Program-made: the position numbers and the translations under genes
Assembly: GCA_965112155.1 (NCBI GenBank)
Contig: OZ218103.1
DNA: 64,000 bases
Source of the DNA: Podarcis liolepis
Lineage: Eukaryota
Strand: one strand, 5' to 3'
Shown here: positions 12,913 through 23,318 of the stretch, piece by piece
Layout: every line of letters begins with the position of its first letter
How positions within the stretch are numbered: the first letter of the stretch is position 1
The notes under the pieces: generated by a model
The model's database searches: none
Seen by the model: the letters and a program-made list of their open reading frames with translations, nothing else
What the model was told of the DNA's origin: nothing

Positions 12913-13931
12913 TAACTGTCATGGAGCTGTCTATAGATATAGTGAATATAATATTTCTGTAGATCAGCTTTTGCTTTCCTTTTAACGCATGGGATGCCTC
13001 TCTCACTTTTGCATCTTAATCATGGTGGTGGTTTTTTGTGTGTGTATTTGCATGATCTCTTCAATTCACTGCCTTCCCCAAACAAATGAAAACCCTGATC
13101 ATTATTAAAGCAGCAACTTTCATGCAACCTTCTTAAAGAGTAATTCTTTCTCTGCAGGGCTTAAGTATATGTCCTAAGGCATTCTTTTCGGTTTGCATGT
13201 TAACTCATTGAATTACTAGATTAATGCAAAGAAAATGGCTCCCATCGAAACTCCTCAATGTCTCTGAAGATCTCTGTGGACATTCCTCCAGGGCCACCGA
13301 CCTGATTATTATTAGTATAGAATACCACTTCAACTTCAGTTGCTTCGCTGAAGAAATCCTTTGCACGTATGTTGTTGCCAAAATGTTCTTCCCAGAGACA
13401 TGACCCACCAGGCTTTGTCTGAATATAAAACAATGGCAGGTGCATGTGAAACAGAAGTAGTGTGTGTTCATTGAAACATAATGCAGGAGCCGCTGAAATG
13501 TTTTCCGCAGCAGGGGGGGCACAGCTGCAGTTTATCAGGGCAACTTGCTGCCTCATATTCCATGTGGGAATGTATCATCAGTGCCACGTAAATCTTAGCA
13601 ATCTGCTCATCCTTAATTAGCGGGCATTAATTTCAAGCACTTGCCATGTTAAACTGACATGTTTGTACTCTTTTTAAAGTGTCGGAGTATGAAAAATTAC
13701 ATAGGAAAATCTCTGCCAGCTATTGTAGCAAACTATCGCTTGTTACCTAGAGTAGATTCAGATGACTGGAGCTTCAAAGTAACCAGCTTAGTAAGAGCTT
13801 AGCATAGGTCACCTCCCCTGAAGGGAGGGGCAAGGTAGGTACCTGTATCCAACCATGCATTTAAGCTCAGGGTTACTGCAGTGGTCACAGTAACTGTGTA
13901 GCCCATTCACTCACACCAAAGGACTACAACT

Positions 13932-13983
<52 letters not shown>

Positions 13984-14709
13984 CTTTATTGTCATTGTAC
14001 AACCTGTGTACAATGAAATTAAACGACCCCCCCCCAATACTCAATCTCTTATTGAACACCACACCACCTCGCAAGTCAATGTTATTTTCCGCTCACGGAT
14101 AGAAGCTATTTTTTAACCTGTTGGTACAGCTGATTATACAGGGACGCAGGTGGCGCTGTGGGTTAAACCACAGAGCCTAGGACTTGCCGATCAGAAGGTC
14201 GGCGGTTTGAATCCCGTGACAGGGTGAGCTCCCGTTGCTCGGTCCCTGCTCCTGCCAACCTAGCAGTTCAAAAGCATGTCAAAGTGCAAGTAGATAAATA
14301 GGTACCGCTCCAGCGGGAAGGTAAACGGTGTTTCCATGCGCTGCTCTGGTTCGCCAGAAGCGGCTTAGTCATGCTGGCCACATGACCCGGAAGCTGTACA
14401 CCAGCTCCCCTGGCCAATAAAGCGAGATGAGCGCCGCAACCCCAGAGTCGGCCACAACTGGACCTAATGGTCAGGGCTCCCTTTACCTTTACGGCTGATT
14501 ATACTTCTATATCTCCTGCCCGAGGGTAGAAGATTAAAGAGGTGATGGCCAGGGTGTGAGTCATCCCTGAGAATTTTTCTCGCTCTCCTAAGGCAACGAT
14601 CCCTTGCGATGTCATCTAGCGGACTCAAGGGACAGCCCATGATACCATGTGCTGTATTCATCATCCTCTGTAGAAACTTTCTGTCCGTGGTTGTCAGGCC
14701 AGCATACCA
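13932..14709 (-). mobile_element. Rex1/Babar LINE 3' end split by a Sauria SINE, with (TTA)n tail at 13932-13982
   Basis: Minus-strand WYAGLTTTDRKFLQRMMNTAHGIMGCPL...RCLRRARKILRDDSHPGHHLFNLLPSGRRYRSII continues in frame past the SINE as SRTNRLKNSFYP, the Rex1/Babar C-terminal signature. Confidence 0.88.
14141..14489 (+). mobile_element. Sauria SINE, full length, nested in Rex1
   Basis: 15-bp TSD tac(a/g)gctgattatac at 14125-14139 and 14490-14504. Confidence 0.95.
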
Positions 14710-15245
14710 TCCCTGACTGCTGGCCGGGGCTGTGGGAATTGTAGTCCAAAACATCGGGAGGGCACAACATTGCACACCAATGTAAAGGCCAGGAATGGAA
14801 CTTGGAACATTGTGCATGCTAAACGTGTGCTCTGCAGCTGACCTTTGCAGAGCCAACCCTATCATTAGGCAGAGTGAGGCAACCATCTCAAGAGGCAGAT
14901 GTTCAGGGGCAGCAGGTACAGCTCTTGAGCCCCCAGCCATGGCCACTCCTGGACCTCCAAATTTAGCCCGCTGTCTCAGCTTTGATGAAGGATCCTATCT
15001 AGGATTCCTATTTACTGTGGTATCTGGCACCTTGTAGTAAAGGGCAGGTAATAACAACAACTATAATTAATAGCCCATGTGGAAGTGTGATTCAGTCAAG
15101 TTCTCTTATTTTATTTTTTGGTGGTTTGGCAAAGCTCCCCAAGGAGCACAGAAAAAAATAAATAGCAAAATACAATAATGATAAAAAAGATCCAATAAAA
15201 TGAGAACACACTTACATCTGTTACTCTGGAGCTCATTCTGTAGAC

Positions 15246-15360
15246 CAGGGTTTCCCAAGCTTGGGTCTCCAGCTGTTTTTGGACTCCAGTTCCCATCATG
15301 CCTAGCTAGTCAGGGATGATGGGAATTGTAGTCCAAAAACAGCTGGAGACCCAAACTTGG
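15246..15360. mobile_element. hAT MITE, right terminus truncated
   Basis: cagggtttcccaagcttgggtctccagctgtttttggact...agtccaaaaacagctggagacccaa forms a long inverted repeat. Confidence 0.8.
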
Positions 15361-15780
15361 TATACAGTGAAGGCTTGTCCTTTAGGGCAAATGGGGCATT
15401 GCCCACTGGCCCACTTTCTTGCTTGAATCCAGCCCAGGTCAGCTTCCTCCTCCTTAGTTTCAGTGTTGCCATTATCATCAAATAATAGGAGGATGGGGCA
15501 AAATTTAAAGTAGTTGGCTCAGGATGCACCTACTGGCCTTTCAGCCTTTGCCCTCCCAGTCCCAATGGGCATTGGCCACCACTGGCTGGGCTGTAGAAAA
15601 CATTCTGCTTCTCATGATGAAGTCTCTCCAGCAATACCTATTTTAAAAGCATTTGATGTGAATTTCAAGACATTTATTCTGAGAACTCAATCTATTGCTA
15701 GGTCCTGTTTAGTTAAAGTGTCAGCATGTATCTTTCATATAATTTTCTTAAGCTACTAGTGAAGAGACAATGATAAAATA

Positions 15781-16196
15781 CAGTGGTGCCCCGCAAGACG
15801 AAATTAATTCGTTCCGCAATTTTTGTTGTCTAGCGAATTTTTCGTCTTGCGAAGCACGAAATCCCATAGGAATGCATTGAAAATCAATTAATGCGTTCCT
15901 ATGGTCAAAAAAAGTCCAAACAAAGCCAAATTTGGTACAACAACAGTTTATTAACTGCTCTTTAAAGTCACACATACTGTAAAGAGCAGTTCAAAAATTG
16001 AAGGGAAAATAAATTAACTTTATAAACAAAACATGTCTTTGTTTTTAGACAAAGAAAACAAAGTCGCGAGACATTTTCGTCTTGCGAAGCAAGCCCATAG
16101 GGGAAATTCGTCTTGCAAGGCAAATCGCGAACGGAAAAACCTTTCGTCTAGCGAGTTTTTTGTCTTGCGAGGCATTCGTCTTGCGGGGCACCACTG
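15781..16196. mobile_element. Tigger/pogo-like (TcMar) MITE
   Basis: Perfect 22-bp TIR CAGTGGTGCCCCGCAAGACGAA, TA flanks at 15779-15780 and 16197-16198, subterminal ttcgtcttgcga repeats. Confidence 0.92.
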
Positions 16197-16813
16197 TAAT
16201 TAAATTCATTAGAGACTGCAATGCTGCAAGTCTGTTCTTGGAAATTAGCCCTATTGAATTCCATGGAAGTCAGTATCTACTTCTGAGTAAACCTACATAT
16301 GGTTGACTAAACAGGATAATAGTAGAAATGTAGTATGAGCATGAACAATTAGATTTTTTAGTATGATTGCTGCCCCTTGAGCCATCAGGATGCCTTCTGG
16401 GGAATATGTAAAGAATCTTCATGAGTCTGGAATTTCTTATTTATGTATAAGTTTAGGCATGAAATCAATTACTTGCAGAATTGGCATGCTTTGATTTGGA
16501 TGATATGTCTTATAAGTTTGAGAATATTGCTTTTGAATGCGAAGGCACAATTAATTTCTGCATTTAATTTCTCTAACTTAGGTTACCAAAGTTCGTTCTC
16601 CATCAAATATGGCTAAGCACAATAGTCTGGTCTGCAGAAAGCTGCAACTGAAGGGGGTGGAAACTGTTCCTGCAGGTAGGGAATAAGGACTGAATGCTCC
16701 CTGCAAACAAACAAAAAATCCCAACACTCTCCTTGCGTATAGAAAACCAACATGTCTACATTAAAATTAAAATTTTTATTAATCAGATTTATATACAGTA
16801 CTGCCTTCATCAA

Positions 16814-17367
16814 CCTGACTATTCTAAAGAAAATGTGTCCATGGTATACTTACTTTCCCCCTGCCCACTTTGATTTCCCAGCTTCATATTTGTCTAAATT
16901 AACCATCCCAAAATACAGACGCGCCTTTACATTGGCTAGATGGGATGTTCTTCCCTCTGCCGTACTCGAAGGTCGTTACCAAAAGACTCCATTTGAAAAA
17001 CGACTCTGCCCATGCAGAGATGGCAACACGGAAACAGTGTCCCACGTCCTCCTATCCTGCCCCCTTTATAAAGACCTAAGGAATGAGATTATTACTCCAC
17101 TCATTCTCTCCAACCCCGGCCGTCCACAAGACATTATACTGTTCTTTCTCTTATCTGATACGGACAGTCAGACAACAGAGAAGGTCGCAAGGTACATCGA
17201 GAGAGCTGTGAAATTGAGGGCCACCATCTGAGTGACAGACGTGTTCATCTGACGGACCTCCTTTTGTTTGTTTTTATCCCCTCTTTATGTTTATTTTATT
17301 TTATTTTTAATTCTTGTATAGCTGTGGCCTGTTGGCTTTGCTAATAAAGTTCTGATTCTGATTCTTC
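16814..17367 (+). mobile_element. RTE-X-like non-LTR retrotransposon 3' end (C-terminal Cys/His knuckle)
   Basis: Open frame YRRAFTLARW...EGRY...RLCPC...ETVSHVLLSCPLYKDLR to stop at 17231; AATAAA then (TTCTGA)n tail; exact 15-bp TSD TACTGCCTTCATCAA at 16799-16813 and 17368-17382. Clade assignment is from motif recall. Confidence 0.8.
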
Positions 17368-18570
17368 TACTGCCTTCATCAAAAGATCTCAGGGCAATTC
17401 GCAAGATAAAGCCTAACAAGATTTTAACCTAACCTTCTCCCAATTTTTCTATGAATAGTGATTTCTTGCTGTCTCCATTGCTACCGTCTAGACTCTGAAG
17501 TATTACAGTATAAGGATAATATCAATATGTTGCTCCTTTTCTCTATTCCTGCACAGCTTTGGGGAGCATTCTGGAAGCTTTCACTTCCATCATTGATTAA
17601 CCACAGCTTGTTGTGTCAACTTAACCAACAAACTGTGGTCAAGATGACCTATGGTTTATCCAGCTTATTTTATGCAAGCTGTAATTAACATTAGCCACAA
17701 TTGGTCAAGGTTTGGATGACACTAGTTAGCATAATATGAAACCTAAAGCTCCTGAGCTGCTCTATTGTGGCCATGGCAGAGGAGGAGTGGGCAAGCCTCA
17801 GGCCATCCAAACTTCCTCATTGTGTGATTTTCAAACTCTCCCATTAATTGCCTCACTGTTTTGAATCTCAGATGATAAAGTCTCTATGAGGTGACTTTAT
17901 TGACTCATTTTCACAATGAAAGCGGTTTGTTTGACATTGCTCCTACTTGAAAAGGGATGAGGTTACAAGCACCTTAGAAAAAAATAATCCCATTTCAAAA
18001 AGATTTCATAGTCTGATGTCATAACGGCATCCGTTTTTTTTTAATATGCAGAATTAATTCAGTCTAATGTCTCCTAATGAGCAAATGAGATGGGTCAAGT
18101 CATCCCAAGAGAGTTTTTGCTACCTCCTTTTTAAAACTTGTGAAGGAGGCCTTAGAAGTCATTCTCTTGCAAAATGAGAGAACTGGTTTTGCATCAGGAA
18201 TACTTTTATTTCGTGCTTTTGGAAGAGCATGTTAGGGTTCATAGAGCTTTGCCCTGCCTTTGGCATGTAAATCCTATGCAAAAACATGCAAAGTTGGGGT
18301 TTCAAGAAACATCTCCAAACTCCCTTAATCCTTCCATCGACAACTGCACTATTGGGTTACACAGTTTTAATCCCAGAGGAGTTGTCTCTTGACATTAAAC
18401 TGTCCAAATAGTATTTATATCTGCTGCTGCCTTGCAAGATCACTTAACCCTGCACAGCAGTTTAAAAGTAGTTAATGACAGCCCCAGCTTGACTTGCCCC
18501 TTATGAATGATCACATAAGTTCGACCTGTGCTGTCATGGTTTATGGAGGAAGGCAGTTTGTCCATTGCCT

Positions 18571-18750
18571 NNNNNNNNNNNNNNNNNNNNNNNNNNNNNN
18601 NNNNNNNNNNNNNNNNNNNNNNNNNNNNNNNNNNNNNNNNNNNNNNNNNNNNNNNNNNNNNNNNNNNNNNNNNNNNNNNNNNNNNNNNNNNNNNNNNNNN
18701 NNNNNNNNNNNNNNNNNNNNNNNNNNNNNNNNNNNNNNNNNNNNNNNNNN
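18571..18750. other. Assembly gap (180 N)
   Basis: Run of N. Confidence 1.
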
Positions 18751-19545
18751 GCAAGGACGTTCAGAGTGAAGCTGTGAGGGAAGGTAATTGTGAACTTTAA
18801 CAACTCATGTTTTATGTTTCTGTTTTTCATTAATTATCTGACCAGATGAATCTACTGATAAAAAGTGTACCGCGTAGTATCCAGCAGGGTCCAGTGGAAA
18901 GACGTCAGAAGCCAAGAGCAGATCATTAGCTAATATGTGGATCTGTGAGTGGACAATTAAAATGATGCTATAGTTGTTGTCATAACCCTGTTGAAGCTTG
19001 TTGCATTTAGTCAGTTGGAATAGATAGCAAAACTGAAAAGCAAGGGTTAAGTTTGAAGGCAATGTACCATGAGTTGCTATTTGAATATATGGCTCCCATG
19101 CATAACTCACTTTTTTTTTTACCTCTTCCTCTGAATGCAGTAATGAAACCACCAATATTGAAAAAATCAGTATTGGGCATGCTTAAGAACAACAAAATCA
19201 AAGAGCCACTGGTAGTAACCATAGACAATACTGAGGTAGATGGAGTGATGGTCTGGCTCAGTTTGAGGCAATTTATATTCCCTTTTCAATTTACCTAAGG
19301 CAGAAAATATTAGTGTTGTTTACTAGGGAACCCCGCCCCCGACATTTTTAGCTACTGTTTTAAGCTGCACTGCTGAAGGATAAGCTTAATTCTCCAATTG
19401 AAACTATGGAACTTTACTTGGATTGATGGCGCCCTATCATTTTGTGTGTTTTCCCCCCAAATATTGATCTGGGACTTTTTGTGTGCCGCTCTGAAATTAA
19501 ATTATGGGTGCTTCTGTAAACCATAGGGATATGACGATCCAGCAT

Positions 19546-19681
19546 AGTAGGGATGATAACCTGTATTCCTCCAGATGTTATTGGACTTGAACTCCCATCA
19601 CTTCCAGCCAGCATAGCTAGTGGCCAGGGGTGATGGGTGTAGTAATCTGTAACATCTGGAGCTTCAGAATCTCCATCCCTG
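19546..19681. mobile_element. Decayed hAT MITE
   Basis: ctccagatgtt...actcccatca...tgatgggtgtagt...aacatctggag inverted repeat. Confidence 0.65.
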
Positions 19682-19954
19682 AGGCAAAGTAACAAACATA
19701 TTGGGTTGGCTCCAGGGGTTACTCCTGAGATGTGTTCCGGAGGGTCCCTCAGGTCACCTCTGGAGCAGATTTTCAGGGGTGGGACATAGGGCACTGCAGA
19801 AGGAGGGGAAAACTGACAAAATGGGGTACTTCACCCCTTTTGCCAATGAAATTACACTAATGGATCAGAAGTCTTCCATGGAGACAAGGAACCCTTTTGT
19901 TTCTAAGAAACACAGTCTTGATCCCAGTCCATATGCTTTGATCGAGACTGAATT

Positions 19955-20086
19955 TCTGTTGCATCCGATGAAGTGGATGGTACTCCACAAAAGCTTATGC
20001 CAGAATAAATTTGTTAATCTTTATGGTGTCAAAAACTTCTCGTTGTTTTCGCTGCAAGACACTAACATGGCTTACTCCTCTAGAAA
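19955..20086 (+). mobile_element. Penelope-like element terminal-repeat fragment with decayed hammerhead motif
   Basis: gcatccgatgaagtgga...tccacaaaagcttatgc...aataaatttgttaatctttatggtgtca...actaacatggct resembles sauropsid Penelope/Neptune pLTR ends. Confidence 0.7.
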
Positions 20087-20226
20087 TCCAGTCCCCTCCC
20101 CATGCAGCTTAAGAGTCTGGCGTGAAGTTAGGGTTTTGCTAACTTAGTTTTTTACTAGTGCATTTCAAAAGTAACCCATTGTGCTGCTGTAAGCATGACC
20201 CGCATATACTACGATGCAGATTTCCT

Positions 20227-20887
20227 AGGCCCCATCTGCACTATGCATTTAAAGCAGTATCATACCACTTTAAACAGTCATGGCTTTTCCCATAGAATCC
20301 TGGGAACTATAGTTTGTTAAAGTTGCTGAGTGTTGTTGTTGTTGTTCAGTCGTTTAGTCGTGTCCGACTCTTCGTGACCCCATGGACCAGAGCACGCCAG
20401 GCACATCTGTCTTCCACTGCCTCCCGCAGTTTGGTCAAACTCATGCTGGTAGCTTCGAGAACACTGTCCAACCATCTCATCCTCTGTCGTCCCCTTCTCC
20501 TTGTGCCCTCAGTCTTTCCCAGCATCAGGGTCTTTTCCAGGGAGTCTTCTCTTCTCATGAGGTGGCCAAAGTACTGGAGCCTCAGCTTCACGATCTGTCC
20601 TTCCAGTGAGCACTCAGGGCTGATTTCTTTAAGAATGGATAGGTTTGATCTTCTTGCAGTCCATGGGACTCTCAAGAGTCTCCTCCAGCACCATAATTCA
20701 AAAGACTGCCCCTATTTCCCTCCAAAGATAAAATTCCCAGTTTCCTGAAAAGAGGAATTGTTTAACCACCCTGAGAACTTTAGCTCTGTGAAGGGAATAG
20801 GGGGACTCCTAACAACTCTTTGTGGGAAGCCATAACTGTTTAAAGTGGTATGCTCCTGCTTTACATTTATAGTGCAGATTGGGGCCT
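20227..20887. mobile_element. Long-TIR MITE (possibly PIF/Harbinger-like) interrupted by BovB
   Basis: aggccccatctgcacta...ataccactttaaacagt versus actgtttaaagtggtat...tagtgcagattggggcct; TSD not readable, so superfamily is uncertain; related remnants near 10680-10780 and 22350-22560. Confidence 0.75.
20331..20704 (-). mobile_element. BovB LINE 3' end
   Basis: ORF 20346-20675 RVPWTARRSNLSILKEISPECSLEG...WRALVHGVTKSRTRLND; (CAA)n tail; closely similar to the 1745 copy. Confidence 0.95.
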
Positions 20888-21399
20888 CAGTTCTTGCACC
20901 ACATTCGTCACAAGGTTTTTATGGGGCAGGAGCAAGGGAGGTTCTGCAGTGGAAGAAGAGGAGAATGTTACCACAATACACAATTTTAGGCAATGGTTGT
21001 ATAGGATTAGGTTGTTTGCTGTTGTTTATTTTTGTATGTTTAAAAAAAAGGCAGTTTACAGAGTCACGAATCCAGTTACCTATAAATAAATGCAACACAC
21101 AATGTAAACTTATGCATGGGCTACACTGATTTTCCTCAGGCATTTAAAAAAATAGATTTTGTTCTAAAAACTTTAGCAGTAGGATTGCGCTTGAAGACCC
21201 CCCTCCTTTCCCCCTTTTTCTAAAAATGCTGTGACCTAAGTTTCATACCGGCATCATTTTAAATTATTTACTACTCTTTCCACTCATATTTTCATTGAAC
21301 TATGTTAAAAATATTTTGCTGAAATGTTTCTTTATGTTGTCCATTGGGTTTAATAGACGTGCCATTTAATAAGCTCTCTACCTGTAAGGATAGACTATT

Positions 21400-21579
21400 N
21401 NNNNNNNNNNNNNNNNNNNNNNNNNNNNNNNNNNNNNNNNNNNNNNNNNNNNNNNNNNNNNNNNNNNNNNNNNNNNNNNNNNNNNNNNNNNNNNNNNNNN
21501 NNNNNNNNNNNNNNNNNNNNNNNNNNNNNNNNNNNNNNNNNNNNNNNNNNNNNNNNNNNNNNNNNNNNNNNNNNNNNNN
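21400..21579. other. Assembly gap (180 N)
   Basis: Run of N. Confidence 1.
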
Positions 21580-22679
21580 TTGACAAGATATAAGAGAAGA
21601 GAACATATCTTTGAACTTTTAGTTTTAAAGTTTTTTAATGAAAATATTTATCATTTTGTAAGGTTCCTTCTTTCTTTATCACAGCTGGACTGTATAACCT
21701 TAAAACAATCCATTCTCTTATTGTAAGGGATATAAATACTGGGCTATCTTTTATATTAAACATCATAAAGGATACATGCACAGAGCGGAATTGTGTGACA
21801 CCTGTATCAGTAAAGGGGTGTCATCTTAATAATAATAATAAAAAGCTTATTGGGGAGGTTGAAAAATCAGTCATTAATAAGCCACATATTTTTAAGCTAT
21901 GTAGAGCATGTAAAATACTTCAGACAAGGAGGCTGCCTTTGCCATATTTTCTGCTTGCTCTTGGAAACATTTTCGATCTGAAGCGATGGGGTAAATATGC
22001 CTGGCTGGGCTGAGTCCTTTGGGGAAATTGTGTTTTCAACTTTAGAGACATTTTCAAATGCATACATTTGAATAAATATTATTTTAGATCCTTATTACTG
22101 GGTTGAGGGTGTGCTGCTGCAAGTTCTCAGCTCTGCAGCTCCCATTTGTTTCAGTGGGACTTTGCACCTTCCTTTTGTAAGACCGTTGGCAAAAATATGG
22201 TATAAATTCAGACTAAAATTATTTTAGCTGTATTGCATCCGTAATGATTAAAAATGCTTGGCAATGCTTTCCCTGAATGTGTCAAAATATTTATATGGTA
22301 AGGTACCTTTGCCGCAAAGCCTTTGGTACAGTCCCCTTGTTCTCATGCCCACTAAGGTCACTTTTAATATATTAAAAGTGCTCATATGCCACTTTAATAG
22401 TCATGGCTCCCCCCTAAAGAATCATGGGTACTGTAGCTTGTCTGTGTAACCTTTCTCAGCACCCCTAGCAAACTACAGTTCTCAGGATTCATTTGGGAAG
22501 GCTATATGACTGATAAAATGCCATAATAGTGCATTAGATGTATTGTGTGGATGTGACCATAGTCTCTCCTCATTTAACCCGTTTCTACTTCCCCCCTTTC
22601 CTCTGTTTGTTTCTCCTGTGTTGAATTTTAGATTGTAAAACGCCTTACCTTGTTTCCTCTGTAAACTGCACAGTTAACC

Positions 22680-22704
22680 AATTAATTAATTAATTAATTA
22701 ATTA
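22680..22704. repeat. (AATT)n self-complementary microsatellite
   Basis: aattaattaattaattaattaatta. Confidence 0.9.
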
Positions 22705-23127
22705 GGGTGGGGGGGGGAGAGGTAATTGAAATTTCACAAAAGACCAATAAATCATTTATATACAAAACTGCCTGCTCTATTCCATCTACTTATTGTTGCC
22801 AATTCCTTAATGTAATTAGTTTTGAAATAAAATAATAGCCCAGTGTTATTATTTTTTTAAAAAGGTTCTTTGTGAGTTTGTAAAAACTCCGTTCATACTG
22901 GGAGGATTTCAAAATTATTGCTGTAAAAGTTAAATATGATATTCCTTTGAATTCCTCCCCTCAGTCAGTTAAAGTTTTGTTTGTATATGTGTGTGTAGTG
23001 GGAAGGACTCTATGCTGGCATTCTGAATTCAAAGGCCAAATGTATGGCTACATCTTATTCTATGCTTTATTTCAATAGTCTTGGTAATAAACATATCAAT
23101 ATGTGTTCCAAGAGATGTGTGAAATAA

Positions 23128-23318
23128 GTGCACGGTGTGTCTGCACGTGCGCGGGTCACGTTTCGCCGCTTCCACACATGTGCATGGCGTCATTTTGAGT
23201 GTTTGAGCATGCGCAAGCGGCGGAACCCGGAAGTAACGCGCTCCGTCACTTCCGGGTTGCTGCGGAGCGCAACTCGAACACGCTCAACCCGAAGCACATT
23301 CAACTCAAGGTATGACTG
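23128..23318. mobile_element. Tigger-like MITE, right half only
   Basis: Ends aaggtatgactg followed by TA; internal hairpin aacccggaagt/acttccgggtt; related to 55971-56201. Confidence 0.7.

Noticed and set aside
18440-18830. ORFs spanning N runs (also near 21.3-21.6, 44.8-45.2 and 46.6-47.0 kb)
   Set aside because: Artefacts of translating assembly gaps
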